Assembly: GCF_009914755.1 (NCBI RefSeq)
Contig: NC_060938.1
DNA length: 64,000 nucleotides
From: the human T2T-CHM13v2.0 reference genome, Homo sapiens
Direction: 5' to 3' (one strand)
This document shows positions 14,093-41,500 of this stretch, piece by piece. The position numbers were made by a program, and so were the translations under genes. The first letter of the stretch is position 1. Each line of letters begins with the position of its first letter. The notes beneath the pieces were generated by a model that was not told the origin of the DNA, searched no databases, and was given only the letters and a program-made list of their open reading frames with translations.

Positions 14093-17000
14093 ACAATGAG
14101 ATCACATGGACACAGGAAGGGGAAGATCACACTCTGGGGACTGTTGTGGGGTCGGGGGAGTGGGGAGAAATAGCATTGGGAGATATACCTAATGCTAGAT
14201 GACAAGTTAGTGGGTGCAGCGCACCAGCATGTCACATGTATACATATGTAACTAATTTGAATATTGTGCACAGGTACCCTAAAACATAAAGTATACTAAT
14301 AAAAAAAGGAAAGTTTCAACTCTGTGAGATGAATGCACACATCACAAAGAAGTTACTCAGATTGCTTCTGTCTAGATTTTATGTGAAGATATTTCCTTTT
14401 CTACCATAGGCCCCAAAGCGCTCCAAATGTGTACTTGCAGATTCTACAAAAAGAGTGTTTCCAAGCTGCTCAATCAAAAGAAAGCTTCAACTTTGTGAGA
14501 TGAACGCCCACATCACAAAGAAGTTTCTAAGAATTCTTCTGTCTAGCTTTTATGTGGAGATATTTCCTTTCCCACTATAGGCCTCAAATCGCTCCAAATG
14601 TCCAACTGCAGATTCTACAGAGTTTCAAAACACCTCAATCAAAAGAAATGTTTAACTCTCTGAGATGAATGCACACATCATAAAAAGTTTCTCAGATTGC
14701 CTCTGTCTAGATTTTATGTGAAGATATTTCCTTTTCTGCCATAGGCCGCAAATCACTCCAAGTGTCTACATGCAGTTTCCAAACTGTTCAATCAAAAGAA
14801 AATTTCAACTCTGTGAGATGAAAGCACATATCACAAAGAAGTTTCCCAGATTGCTTCTGTCTGGATTGTATGTGAAGGTATTTCCTTTTCTACCATAGGC
14901 CACAAAGTGTTCCAAATGTCCAACTGCAGATACTACAAAAAGAGTGTTTCCAATCTGCTCATTCAAAAGAAAGGTTTAACTCTGTGAGATAAATGCACAC
15001 ATCACAAAGAAGTTTCTGAGATTGTTTCTGTCTAGATTTTATGTGAAGATATTTCCTTTTCTACCATAAGCCACAAAGCGCTCCAAATGTCCACTTGCAG
15101 ATTCTACAAAAAGAGGGTTTCCAAACTGCTCCATCTAAAGAAAGTTTCAAATCTGTGAGATAAATGCACACATCACAAAGAAGTTTCTCAGAGTTCTTCT
15201 GTTTAGTTTTTATGTGAAGATATTTCATTTTCCACCATAGTCCTCAAGGAACTAGAAATGTCCAGTTGCAGATTCTACAAAAAGAGTACCTCAAAACTAG
15301 TTCATCAAAAGAAAGTTTCAACTCTGGGAGATGAAGGCACACATTACAAAGAAGTTTCTCAGAATGTTTCTATGTAGTTTTTATGTGAAGATATTTCCTT
15401 TTTCAACATAGGCCTCAAAGTGCTCCAAATGCCCACTTGCAGATTCTACAAAAAGAGGGTTTCAAAACTGCTCAATCAACACAAAGTTTTAACACTGTGA
15501 GATGAAAGCACACACCACAAAGTTTTTCAGATTGCTTGTGTCTAGATTTTATGGGAAGATATTTCCTTTTCTACCATGGCCTGCTAAGTGCTCCAAATAT
15601 CCACTTCCAGATTCTACAAAGAGTGTTTCCAAACTGCATAATCAAAAGAAAGGTTCAGCTGTGTGATATAAACGTACACATCACAAAGCAGTTTCTCACC
15701 ATTCTTCTGTCTAGTTTTTATGTGAAGATACTTCCTACTCCACCATAGGCCTCAAAGTGCTCCAAATGTCCAATTGCAGATCCTACAGAAAGAGAGTTTC
15801 AAAATGGCTCAATCAAAAGAAAGGTTTAATTCTGTGAGGTGAATGCACACATCAAAAAGAAGTTTCTCAAATTGCTTCGGTCTAGATTTTATGTGAAGAT
15901 ATTTCCTTTTTTAACATGGCCAAAAAGCCCTTCAAATGTCCACTTGCAGATTCTACAAAAAGAGAGTTTCAAAACTGCTCCATCAAAAGAAAGACTCAAC
16001 TATGTGAGATGAATGCCCACATCACAAAGAAGTTTCTCAGATTGATTCTGTGTAGATTTTATGTTAAGATATTTCATTCTTTCTACCATAGGCCGCAAAT
16101 CGCTCAAAATGTTCACTTGCAGATTCTAAAAAAAGAGTGTTTCAAAACTGCTCTATCAAAAGAAAAGTTCACCTCTGTGAGATGAACGCACACATCAAGA
16201 AGAAGTTCGTCAGAATTCTTCTGTCTCGTTTTCATATGAAGATATTTCCTTTTCCATCACAGACCTCAAAGACCTCCAAATGTCCACTTGTAGATTCTAC
16301 AAAAGAGTGTTTCAAAACTGCTCAATCAAAAGAAATGTTTAAATCTGTGAGATGAATGCACACATTACAAAGAAGTTTCTCAGATTGCTTCGGTCTAGAT
16401 TTTATGTGAAAATATTTCCTTTTCTATTATAGGCCATAAAGCGCTCCAAATGTCCACTTGCGGATTCTATATAAAGAGTGTTTCCAAACTGCTGAATCAA
16501 AAGAAAGTTTCAATTCCCTGAGATGAAGACACACATCACAAAGCAGTTTCTCAGAATTCTTCTGTCTAGTTTTTATGTGAAGATATTTCCTTTCAACCAT
16601 ACGGCTCAAGAAGCTCGAAAGTTCCACTTGCACATTCTATAAAAAGAGTATTTCAAAACTAGTCCTTTGAGAGAATGTTTCAACTCTGGGAGATGAGTGC
16701 ACACATCACAAAGAAGTTTGTCAGAATGCTTCTATCGAGTTTTTATGTGAAGATATTTCCTTTTCTACCGTAGGCCTAAAAGTGCTCCAAATATCCACTT
16801 ACAGATTCTATAAAAAGAGAGTTTCAAAACTGCTCAATCAAAAGAAAAGGTTAACTCTGTGAGATTAATGCAAACATCACAAAGAAGTTTCTCAGATTGC
16901 TTCTTTCTAGATTTGATGTGTAGATATTCCCTTTTTACCATTGGCCGCAAAGCACACCAAATGTTCATTTGCAGATTCTACAAAAAGAGTTTTTACAAAC

Positions 17001-19999
17001 TGCTCAATCAAAAGAAAGGTTCAACTCCGTGAGATGAACGCACACATCACAAAGAAGTTTCCCAGAATTCTTCTGTCTAGTTTTTGTGTGAAGATATTTC
17101 CTTTCACACCACAGGTCTCAAAGTGCTCCAAATGTCCACTTGCAGATTCTACGAAAAGAGATTTTCAAAACTGCTCAACCAAAAGAAAGGTTTAACTCTC
17201 TTAGCTGAATGCACACATCACTAGCAAGTTTCTCAGGTTGCTTCTGTCTGGATTTTATGTGAAGATATTTTCTTTCCTACCATAGGCCCCAAAGAACTCC
17301 AAATGTCCACTTGCAGATCCACAAAAAGAGTGTTCCCAAACTGCTCAATCAAAAGAAAAGTTCAACTCTGTGAGATGAATGCACACATCACAAAGAAGTT
17401 TCTCAGAATTCTTCTGTCAAGTTTTTATGTGAAGATATTTTCATTTCCACTAGAGGTCTTAAAGCCCTCCAAATATACACTTACAGATTCTCCAAAAAGA
17501 GAGTTTCAAAACTTCTCAATCAAAAGAAAGCTTTAACACTCTGAGGTGAATGCACACATCACAAAGAAGTTTCTCTGATTTTTTACGTCCAGATTTTATG
17601 GGAAGATAGTCCCTTTGCTACCATAGGTGGCAAAGCACTCCAAATGTCCATTTGCAGATTCTACAAAAAGACAGTTTCCAAACTTCTCAATCTAAAGAAT
17701 GGTTCAACTCTGTGAGACGAACGCACACATCACATAGAAGTTGCTCAGAATACTTCTCTCTAGTTTTTTTGTTGAGGATATTTCATTTTCCACAATAGGC
17801 CTCAAGGTGGTCGAAATGTCAAATTGCAAATTCTACAAAAAAATTATTTCAAAAGTGGTCCATCAATAGAAATGTTCAACTCTGGGAAATGAATGCACAC
17901 ATCACCAAGAGGTTTCTCAGAATGTTTCTATCTAGTTTTTATGTGAATATATTTTCTTTTGCAACATTGGCCTCGAGGTGCTCCAAAAGTCCACTTGCAG
18001 ATTTTATAAAAAGAGAGTTTTAAAACTGCTCAATCAAAAGAAATGTTTAACTCTGTGAGATGAATGTACACAACAAAAAGACGTTCCTCAGATTGCTTCT
18101 GTCTAGATTTTATGTGAAGATAATTCCTTTTCCACCACAGGCCGCAAAGCTCTCCTAATGTCCACTTGCCGATTCTACAAAAAGAGTGTTTCCAATCTGC
18201 TCCATCAAAAGAAAGGTTCAACTCTCTCAGATGAACGCTGGCATCACAAAGAATTTTCTCAGAATTCTTTTTTCTACCTTTTATGTGAAGATATCTCCTT
18301 TTCTTCCACAGGCCTAAAAGCACTCCAAATGTCCACTTGCAGATTCTCCAAAAAGAGACTGCCAAAACCGCTCAATCAAAAGGAAGGTTTAACTCTGTGA
18401 GATGAATGCACACATCACAAAAAGTTTCTCAGATTGCTTCTGTCTAGATTTTATGTGAAGTTATTTCCTTTTCTACCATAGAACCCGAAGCGCTTTTAAT
18501 GTCCCCTTGCAGATTCTACATAAAGAGTTTTTCAAAACTGCTCAATCAAAAGAAAGGTTCAACTCTGTGAGATGAATGCATGCATCACAAAGAAGTTTCT
18601 CAGAATACTTCAGCCTAGTTTTTATGTGAAGATATTTCCTTTTCTACCATAGTTCTCAAAACGATTAAAATGTCCACTTGCAATTTCTACAAAAAGAGAG
18701 TTTCAAAACTGCTCAATCAAAAGAAAGGTTTATCTCTGTGAGATGAATGCACACTTCACAAATAAGTTTCTAAGATTTCTTCTGTCTAGGTTTTATGTGA
18801 TGATATTTCCTTTTCTACCATACATCGCAAACCACTCAAAATGTCCACTTGTAGATTGTACAAAAACAGAGTTTCCAAACTGCTCAATCAGAAGAAAGGT
18901 TAACTCTGTGAGATGAAGGCACACATCACAAAAAAGTTTCTCAGAATTCTTCTGTCCAGTTTTAATGTGAAGATATTTCCTTTTGCACCAGAAGCCTCAA
19001 GGTAATCGAAATGTGCCCTTGCAGATTCTACAAAAAGAGTAATTCAAAACTGGTCCGTCAAAACAAAGGTTCAACGCTAGGAGATAAATGCACACATCAC
19101 AAAGAAGCTTCTCAGAATGCTTCTATATAGGTTTTATGTGAAGATATTTCCTTTTCCACCATAGGCCTCAAAGCGCTCCAAATGTCCACTTGCAGGTTCT
19201 GCAAAAAGAGAGTTTCCAAAGTGCTCAATCAAAAGAAACGGTTAACTCTGTGAGATAAATGCACACATCACACAGAAGTTTCTCAGAATTCTTCTGTCTA
19301 GATTTTATGTGAAGATATTTCATGTTCCACCATAGGCCTCAAGGTGCTTGAAATGTCCACTTTCAGATTCTACAAAAAGTGTATTTCAAAACTCCTTAAT
19401 CAAAAGAATGGTTTAACACTGTCAGATGTATGCACACATCACAAATAAGTTTCTCAGAATTCTTCTGTCTAGTTTTTATGTGAAGATATTTCTGTTTCCA
19501 TCATAGACCACAAACGGCTCCAAATGTCCACTTGCAGATACTATAAAAAGAGAGTTTGAAAACTCTTCAAACAAAAGAAAGGTTTAACTCTGTGAGATCA
19601 ATGCACACATCACAAAAGGTTTCTCAGACAGTTTCTGTCTCGATCTTATGTGAAGTTATTTCCTTTTCCACCATAGAACAAAAGCACTCCAAATGTCCCC
19701 TTGCAGATTCTACAAAAACAGTGTTTCAAAACTGCTCAATCAGGAGAAAGGTTCAACTCTGTGAGATAAACGCAAGCGTCGCAAAAAAAGTTTATCAGAA
19801 TGCTTCTGTTTAGTTTTGATGTGAAGATATTTCATTTTCCACCATAGGACAAAAGGCGCCCGAAATGCCCCCTGGCAGATTCTACAAAAGGAGTATTTCA
19901 AACTTGGCCCATCAAAAGAAAGGTTCAACTTTTTGAGATGAATGCACACATCACAAAGAAGTTTCTCAGAATTCTTCCGTCTAGTGTTTATGTGAAGAT

Positions 20000-33000
<13,001 letters not shown>

Positions 33001-33320
33001 CTGGTCCATCAAAAGAAATGTTGAACTCTGGGAGATGAATGCACACATCACAAAGAAGTTCCTCAGAATGCTTCTAACTAGTTTTTATCTGAAGATATTT
33101 CTTTTCCTCCATAGTCCTCAAAATGCTCCAAATATATTCCTGCATATTCTGCAAAAAGAGTGTTTCCAAACTGCTTAATAAAAGAAAGGTTCAACTCTGT
33201 GAGATGAACGCATACATCAAAAAGAAGTTTCTCAAAAATCCTCTGTTTAGATTTTATGTGAAGATATTTCCACTTCCGTCATGGGTCTCAATGTGCTTTA
33301 AACGTCCACTAGCAGATTCT

Positions 33321-33342
33321 AAAAAAAAAAAAAAAAAAAAAA
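33321..33342 (+). repeat. A22 homopolymer inside an alpha monomer
   Basis: GCAGATTCT-(A)22-CTGCTCAATC replaces the usual ACAAAAAGAGAGTTTCAAAA. Confidence 0.9.
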
Positions 33343-36300
33343 CTGCTCAATCAAAAAGAAAGTTTTAACTCTATGACATGAATGCACACATCACAATGAA
33401 GTTTCTCAGATTGCTTCTGTCTAGATTTTATATGAAGATATATACTTTCTTATCGTAGGTCTCAAAGCGCTCCAAATATCCACTTGCAGATTCTACAAAA
33501 GAAAGTTTCAAAACTGCTCATTCAAAGGAAACTATAACTCTGTGAGATGAACGCAGACATCACAGAGAAGTTTCTCAGATTGCTTCTGTCTAGATTGTAT
33601 GTGAAGATATTTCCTTTTCTACCATAGGCCACAAAGCACTCCAAATGTCCACTTGCAGATTCTACAAAAACAGTTTCAAAACTGCTCAATCAAAAGAAAG
33701 GTTTAACTCTGTGAGATGAATGCACACATCAGAAAGAATTTTCTCAGATTGCTTCTGTCTAGATTTTATGTGAAGATATTTCCTTTTCTACCATAGGCTG
33801 CAAAGCGCTCGGAATGTCCACTTGCAGATTCTACAAAAATTATGTTTCCAAACTGCTCAATGAAAAGAAAGTTACAACTCTGTGAGATGAACGGATACAT
33901 CACAAAGAAGTTTCTCAGATTTCTTCTGTCTAGTTTTTATGTGAAGATATTTCCTTTTCCACCATAGGCCTGAAAACGCTGCACTTGTCTACGTCCAGAT
34001 TCTACAAAAAGAGAGTTTCAAAACTGCTCAATTAAAAAATGGTTTTAACTCTGTGAGATGAATGCACACATCATAAAGAAGTTTCTCATGTTGCTTCTGT
34101 CTAGATTTTTTGTGAAGATATTTCCTTTTCTACCGTAGGCTGCAAAGTGCACAAAATGTCCACTTTCAGATTCAACAAAAAGAGTGTTTCCAACCTGCTC
34201 CATCAAAAGAAATGTTCAACTCTGTGAGATGAATGCACGCATCACAAAGAAGTTTCTCAGAATTCTTCTGTCTAGTTTTTATGTGAAGGTATTTCATTTT
34301 CCACAATAGGCCTCAAGGTGCTCAAAATCTCCACTTGCAGATTCAACAAAAAGAGTATTCCAAAACTGATCCATCAAAAGAAAGCTTAAATTCTGGGAGA
34401 TGAATGCACACATCATGAAGAAGTTTCTCAGATTTCTTCTGTCTTTATTTTATGTGAAGATATTTCCTTTTCTACCATAGACCACAAAGCACTCCAAATC
34501 TCCACTTGCAGGTTCTAAAAATGTAGTGTTTCCAAACTGCTCATTGAAAAGAAAGGTTCAACTCTGTAAGATGAATGCACACATAACAAAGAAGTTTCTC
34601 TGAATTCCTCTGTCTGGTTTTTATGTGAAGATATTTTCTTTTCCACCATAAGCCTCAAGGCACTTGAAATGTCCACTTGCAGATTCTACAAAAAGAGTAT
34701 TTAAAAACCGGTCCTTCAAAAGAAAGGTTCAACTCTTGAGATGAATGCACACATCACAAAGAAGTTTCTCAGAATATTTCTATCTGGTTTTTATGTGAAG
34801 ATATTTCCTTTTCCACCATAGGCTTCAAATCGCACCAAATGTCCACTTACAGATTCTACAAAAAGAGAGTTTCAAAACTGCTCAATCAAAAGAAAGGCTT
34901 AACTCTGTGAGATAAATGAACACATCACAAGGAAGTTTCTCAGATTGCTTCTGTCTAGATTTTATGTGACGATATTTCCTTTTCCAGCATAGGCCTCAAG
35001 GCGCACAAAATGTCCGCTTGCAGATTCTTCAAAAAGAGGACTTCAAAAGTGGTCCTTCAACAGAAAGATTCAACTTTGAGATATGAATGCACACATCACA
35101 AAGAGGTTTCTCAGAATGCTTCTGTCCAGTTTTTATGTGAAGATATTTTCTTTTTCACCATAGGCCTCAAGACGCTCAAAATGTCCACTTGCAGATTATA
35201 CAAAAAGAGTATTTCAAAACTGGTCCTTCAAAAGAAATGCTCAACTCAAGGAGATGAATGCACATATCACAAGGAAGTTTCTCAGAAAGCCTCTACCTGG
35301 TTTTTATTTGAAGATATTTCGTTTTACACCATAGGCTTGAAAGTGCTCCAAACGTCCACTTGCAGATTCTACAAAAAGAGAGTTTCAAAACTGCTCCATC
35401 AAAAGAAAGGTTCAACTCTGTATGATGAACGTACGAATCACAAAGAAGTTTATCAGAATTCTTCTGTTTAGTTTTCATGTGAAGGTATTTCCTTCTCCAC
35501 TATAGGCCTCATATCACTCCAAATGTCCAGTTGCAGGATCTACAAAAAGAGAGTTTCAAAACTGCTTCATCAAAAGAAATGTTTAACTCTGTGAGGTGAA
35601 TGCACATATCACAAAGAAGTTTCTCAGATTGCTTCTGTCTAGATTTTATGTGAAGATATTTCCTTTGTTACCATAGGCTGCAAAGCGCTCAAAATGTCCA
35701 CTTGCAGATTCTACAAAAAGAGTGTTTGAAAACTGCTCAATCAAAAGAAAGGTTCAACTCTGTGAGATGAACGCACACATCACAAAAAAGTTTCTCAGAT
35801 TTCTTCTGTCTTGTTTTTATGGTAAGATATTTCCTTTTCCACCATAGGCCTTAAAGCACTCCCAATTTCCTATTGCAGATTCATCAAAAAGAGTTTCAGA
35901 AGTGCTCAATCAAAAGAAAGGTTTCACTCTCTGAGAAGAATGCACACATCACAAAGAAGTTTCTCAGATTGCTTCTCTCTAGATTTTATGCGAAGATATT
36001 TCCTTTTCCACCATAGGCCTCAAAGCGCTCCAAATGTCCACTTGCAGATTCTACCAATAGTGCATTTCCAAACTGCTCAATCAAAGGAAGTTTAAACTAT
36101 GTGAGATGAATGCACACATCGCAAAGAAGTTTCTCAGTTTGCTTCTCTCTAGATTTTATGTGAAGATACTTCCTTTTCTACCATAGGCCTCAAAGCTCTC
36201 AAAATGTCCACTTGATTCTACAAAAGGAGTATTTCAAAACTGCTCAATCGAAAAATCTCCAACTCTGTGAGATGCATGGATACATCACAAAGAATTTTCT

Positions 36301-38570
36301 CAGAATGCTTCTGTCTAGTTTTTATGTGAAGATATTTCCTTTTCCAAAAAAGGCCTCAAAGCACTCCAAATATCCACTTGCAGATTCTAAAAAAGAATGT
36401 TTCAAAACTGCTCAACATAAGAAAATTTCAACTCTGTCACGTGAATGCACACATGAGAAAGAAGTTGCTGAGAATGTTTCTGTCTAGTTTTTATATGAAG
36501 ATATTTCCTTTTCCACTATAGGCAGTATAGCACTCCAAATGTCCATTTGTAGATTCTACAAAAAGAGTGTTTCCAAACTGCTCATTCAGAAGAAAGTTTC
36601 GAGTCTGTGAGATGAGTGCACACATCATAAAGAAGTTTCTCAGAATGCTTCTGTCTAGTTTTTATTTGAAGATATTTTCTTTTCCACCATAGACCTCTAA
36701 GCGTTCCAAATGACCAATTGCAGATTCTAAAAATGAGTTTTTGAAAACTGTTCAATCGAAAGAAAGGTTCAACTCTCTAAGATGAATGCACATATCACAA
36801 AGAATTTTCACAGAATGATTCTGTCTAGTTTTTATGTGAAGATATTTCCTTTTCCACCATAAGCCCCAAAGCGATCCAAATGTACACTTTCAGATACTAC
36901 AAAAAGAGTGTTCTAAAACTGCTCAATCAAAAGAAAGTTTCAGCTTTGTGAGATGAATGCATACATCACAAAGAAGTTTCTCAGAATGTTTCTGTAGAGA
37001 TTTTATGTTAAGATATTTACTTTTCCACCATAGACCTCATAGCACTCCAAATGTCCACTTGCAGGGTCTACCAAAAGAGTGTTTCAAAGCTACTCAATCA
37101 AAAGAAAGTTTCAACTCTGTGAGATGAATGCACACATCACAAAGTAGTTTCTCAGAATGCTTCTATTTATTATGTGAAGATATCTCATTTTCCAACTTAG
37201 GTCTCAAAGCACTCCAGATGTCCACCTGCAGATTCTACAAAAGAAGTGTTTCAAAACTGCTCAATCAAAAGTAAAGTTCAACTCTGTGAGATGAATGCAC
37301 ACCTCACAAAGAAGTTTGTCAGAAATCTTCTGACTAGTTTTTATGTGAGGATATTTCCTTTTCCACCATAGTCCGCAAAGCGCTCCAAATGTCCTATTGT
37401 AGATTCTACAACAAGAGTGTTTCAAAACAGTTCAATCAAAACTAAGGTTCACCTCTGTGAGATGAATGCACACATCACAAAGAAGTTTTTCAGAATGCTT
37501 CAGTCTAGCACTTAAATGAAGATATTTTCTTTTCCACCATAGGCCTCAAAGCTCTCCAAATGTCCTCTTGCAAATTCTACAAAATGCGTTTCAAAATTGA
37601 TCAATCAAAAGAAAGTTCCAACTCTGTCAGGTGAGTGCACACATCCCAAAGAAGTTTGTCAGATTGATTCTGTCTAGTTTTAATGTGAAGATGTTTCCTT
37701 TTCCACACTAGGCCTCACAGTACTCAAAATATCCACCTGCAGATTCTGCAAAAAGAGTTTTTCCAAACTACTCAATCAAAAGAAAATTTCAACTATGTGA
37801 AGTGAATGCACACATCACAAAGAAGTTTCTCAGAATGCTTCTGTCTAGTTTTTATGTGATGATATTTCCTTTTCCACCGTAGGCCTGAAAACTCTCCAAA
37901 TATACACTTGCAGATTCTACAAAAACTTGTTTCAAAACTGCTCAATGAAAAGAAAGGTTCAAATCTGTGAGATGAATGCACACATCACAAAGAAGTTTGT
38001 CAGAATGTTTCTGTATAGGTTTTATATGAAGATATTCCCTTTTCCACCATAGGCTTCGAAGCGCTCCAAATTTCCACATGCAGATTTTACAAAGTGTTTC
38101 AAAGCTGTTCAATCAAATCAAAGGTTCAAACCTGTGAGATGAATGCACACATCACAAAGAAATTTGTCAGAATGCTTCTGTCTAGTTATTGTGAAGATAT
38201 TTCCTTTTCCATCATAGGCCTCAATGCACGCCAAATGTCCACTTACAGATAGTACAAAAAGGGTGTTTCAAAACTGCTGAATCAAAAGAAAGTTTCAACT
38301 CTTTTAAATGAATGCACATATCACAAAGAAGTTTATCAGAATGCTTCTATCTAGTTTTCATGTGAAGATTTTCTTTAAATATGCCTCAAATCGCTCCAAA
38401 TGTCCACTTGCAAATTCTACAAAAAGAGTGTTGCCAAACTGCTCAATAAAAAGAAAGATTCAACTCTGTGAGAAGAACGCACACATCACAAAGAAGTTTC
38501 TCAGAATGCTTCTGTCTAGGTTTTATGTAAAGATATTTACTTTTCCATCATAGGCCTCAAAGTGCTCCAA

Positions 38571-41500
38571 TCCACTCCAATGCATTCCATTCTGTCCCAT
38601 TCCATTCCACTCCACTCCACCCCACTGCACTCCACACCCCACTCCATTCCATTCCGTTCCATTCCATTCCATTCATTTCTTTTGACAGGATCTAACTCTG
38701 TAACCCAGGCTGCAGTGCAGTGGCACAATCTCAGCTCACATTTCGTTTCACCATTCCATTTCATTCCATTGCATTCCATTCCCTTCCATTCTATTCCATT
38801 CCACTCCACTCCACTTCACTCCACTCCGTTCCATTCCATCAGATTCCAGTTCTCTCCATTCCACTGCACTCCAATCCACTTCACTCGACTCCACTTCACT
38901 CCATTCTATTCCATCCCATTGCATTCAACTCCACTCCATTCCACTCCTTTCATTTGACAGTGTCTCACCCTGTCAAGAAGCCTGGAGTGAAGTGGCACAA
39001 TCTCAGCTCACATTACATTTCAACATTCCATTCCAATCCATTCCACTCCATTCCATTCCATTGCATTCCATTCAATTCCGTTACACTCCATTCCATTCCA
39101 TTTCACTACACTCCACTGCACTCCACTCCACTCCATTCCAATCAATCCCACTCCATTCCAGTACACTGCATTCCACTCCACTCCACTCCCTTCCATTCCA
39201 TCCCACTCCATTCAACTCCACTCCACTCCACTACAGTACAGTAGACTACACTACACTCCCTTCCATTCCATTCCATACCACACCAATCCATTCCATTCCA
39301 TTCCTTTCTTTCGACAGGATCTCACTCTGTCACCCAGGCTGGAGTGCAGTGGAGAAATCTCAGCTGACATTTCACTTCAGCATTCCATTGCATTCCATTC
39401 CATTCCATAACATTCCACTGCACTCCACTCCACTGCACTCAACTCCATTCCATTCCATCCACTCCATTCCACTATGAACCCCTCCAGTCCACTCCACACC
39501 ATCCCAAACCATCCCATTACATTCCACTCCATTCCACTCTAATCCACTCCAGTCCAGTCCAGTCCACTCCACTCCATTCCACTCCAATTCAATCCCATCA
39601 TATTCCACTCCATTCCTCTCCACTCCACTCCACTCCACTCTATTCCATTTCATTCCATTCCATTCCTTTCTTTCGACAGGATCTCACTGTGTCACCCAGA
39701 CTGGAGTGCAGTAGCAGTATCTAAGCTCACATTTCATTTCACCATTCTATTCCATTCCATTCAATTCCATTCCATTCAATTCCATTCCACTCCAATCCTT
39801 TCCATTCCATTCCATTCCATTTCATTCCATTCAATTCCATTCCACTCCAATCCTTTCCATTCCATTCCATTCCATTCCATTCCATTCCATTCCATTCCAT
39901 TCTGTTCCATTCCATTCCACTCCATTCCAGTCCACTCTACTCCACTCCACTCCATTCCATTGAATCCCATTCTATTCAACTCCATTCCACTCCACTCCAC
40001 TCCACTCCAATCCACCCTACTCCACTCCATTGCATTCCATTCCATTCCATTCCATCCCATTCCACAGCATTCCACTAAACTCCACTCCAACTACATTCCT
40101 TTCATTCCACTCCACTCCACTCCATTGCATCCCATGTCATTCCACACCATTCCAGTCCACTCTACTCCACTCCATTCTATTAGATTATATCCCATTTGAT
40201 TACACTCCATTCCACTCCACTGCACTCCACTCCACTACACTACGTTCCATTCCATTCCATTTCTTTCAATTCCATTCCATTCCATTCCATTCCATTCCAT
40301 TCCAGACCATTCCATTCCTTACCTTTCTTTTGATATTATCTCACTCTGTCACCCAGGCTGCTGTGCAGTGGCACAATCTCAGCTCACTTTTCATTTCACC
40401 ATTCCATTCCATTGCATTCCATTTCATTCCATTCCATTGCGTTCCATTCCATTCCATTCAATTCCATTCTTTCAATTCTATTGCATTCCATTCCACTCCA
40501 CTCCACTCCACCCCGCTCCACTCCATCCCATTCCATTTCACTCCATTCCACTCCACTCCACTCCAATCCATTCAACTCCATCCCATTCCATTCCCCTCCG
40601 TTCCCCTCCACTCCACTCCACTTCACTCCATTCCACTCCACTCCATTCCATTCCATTCTATTACACACCATTCCTTTCCATTCCATTCCATTCCATTCCA
40701 TTCCTTTTCATTCCATTGAACTCCACTCCATTCCATTCCACTTCATTTCACTCCTTTCCACTCCACTCCTCTCCACTCCACTCCATTCCATTCCACTCCA
40801 ATCCATTCCATTCCACTCCATTCCATTCCATTGCACTCCATTCCATTCCATTGCATTCCACTTTATTCCACTCCATTCCATTCCGCTCGACTCCACTCCA
40901 CTCCATTCCATTCCATTCCATTTCATTCTACTCGATTACACTCGACTGCATTCCACTCCACTCCATTCCACTCAATTCCTTGCCATTCCATTCCATTCCA
41001 TTCCTGTCTATTCCACTCAACTCCACTCCATTCCACTCCACTACACTCGATTCCACTCCATTCCATTCCACTCCATTCCATTCCATTCTACTCCATTCCA
41101 TTCCATTCCTTTATTTCGACTGGGTTTCACTCTATCACCCAGACAGGATGCACTGGCACAATCTTAGCTCAAATTTCATTTTACCATTCCTTTCCATTCC
41201 ATTCCATTCCATTCCATTCCATTTCATTCCACTCCACTACATTCAACTTCACTCCACTCCACTCAACTCTGTTCCATTCTGTTCCATTCCATTCTTTTCC
41301 ATTGCATTGCATTCCGTTCCATTCCATTCCACTCTGTACCACTCCATTCCACTCCAGTCCATTCCACTCCACTCCACTATACTCTATTCCACTCCACTCC
41401 ACTCCAGTCCACTCCACTCCATTCCATTCCATTCCACTGCTCTCCGATACATTCCACTCAACTACACTACACTCCAGTCCGTTCCATTCCATTCCATTCT

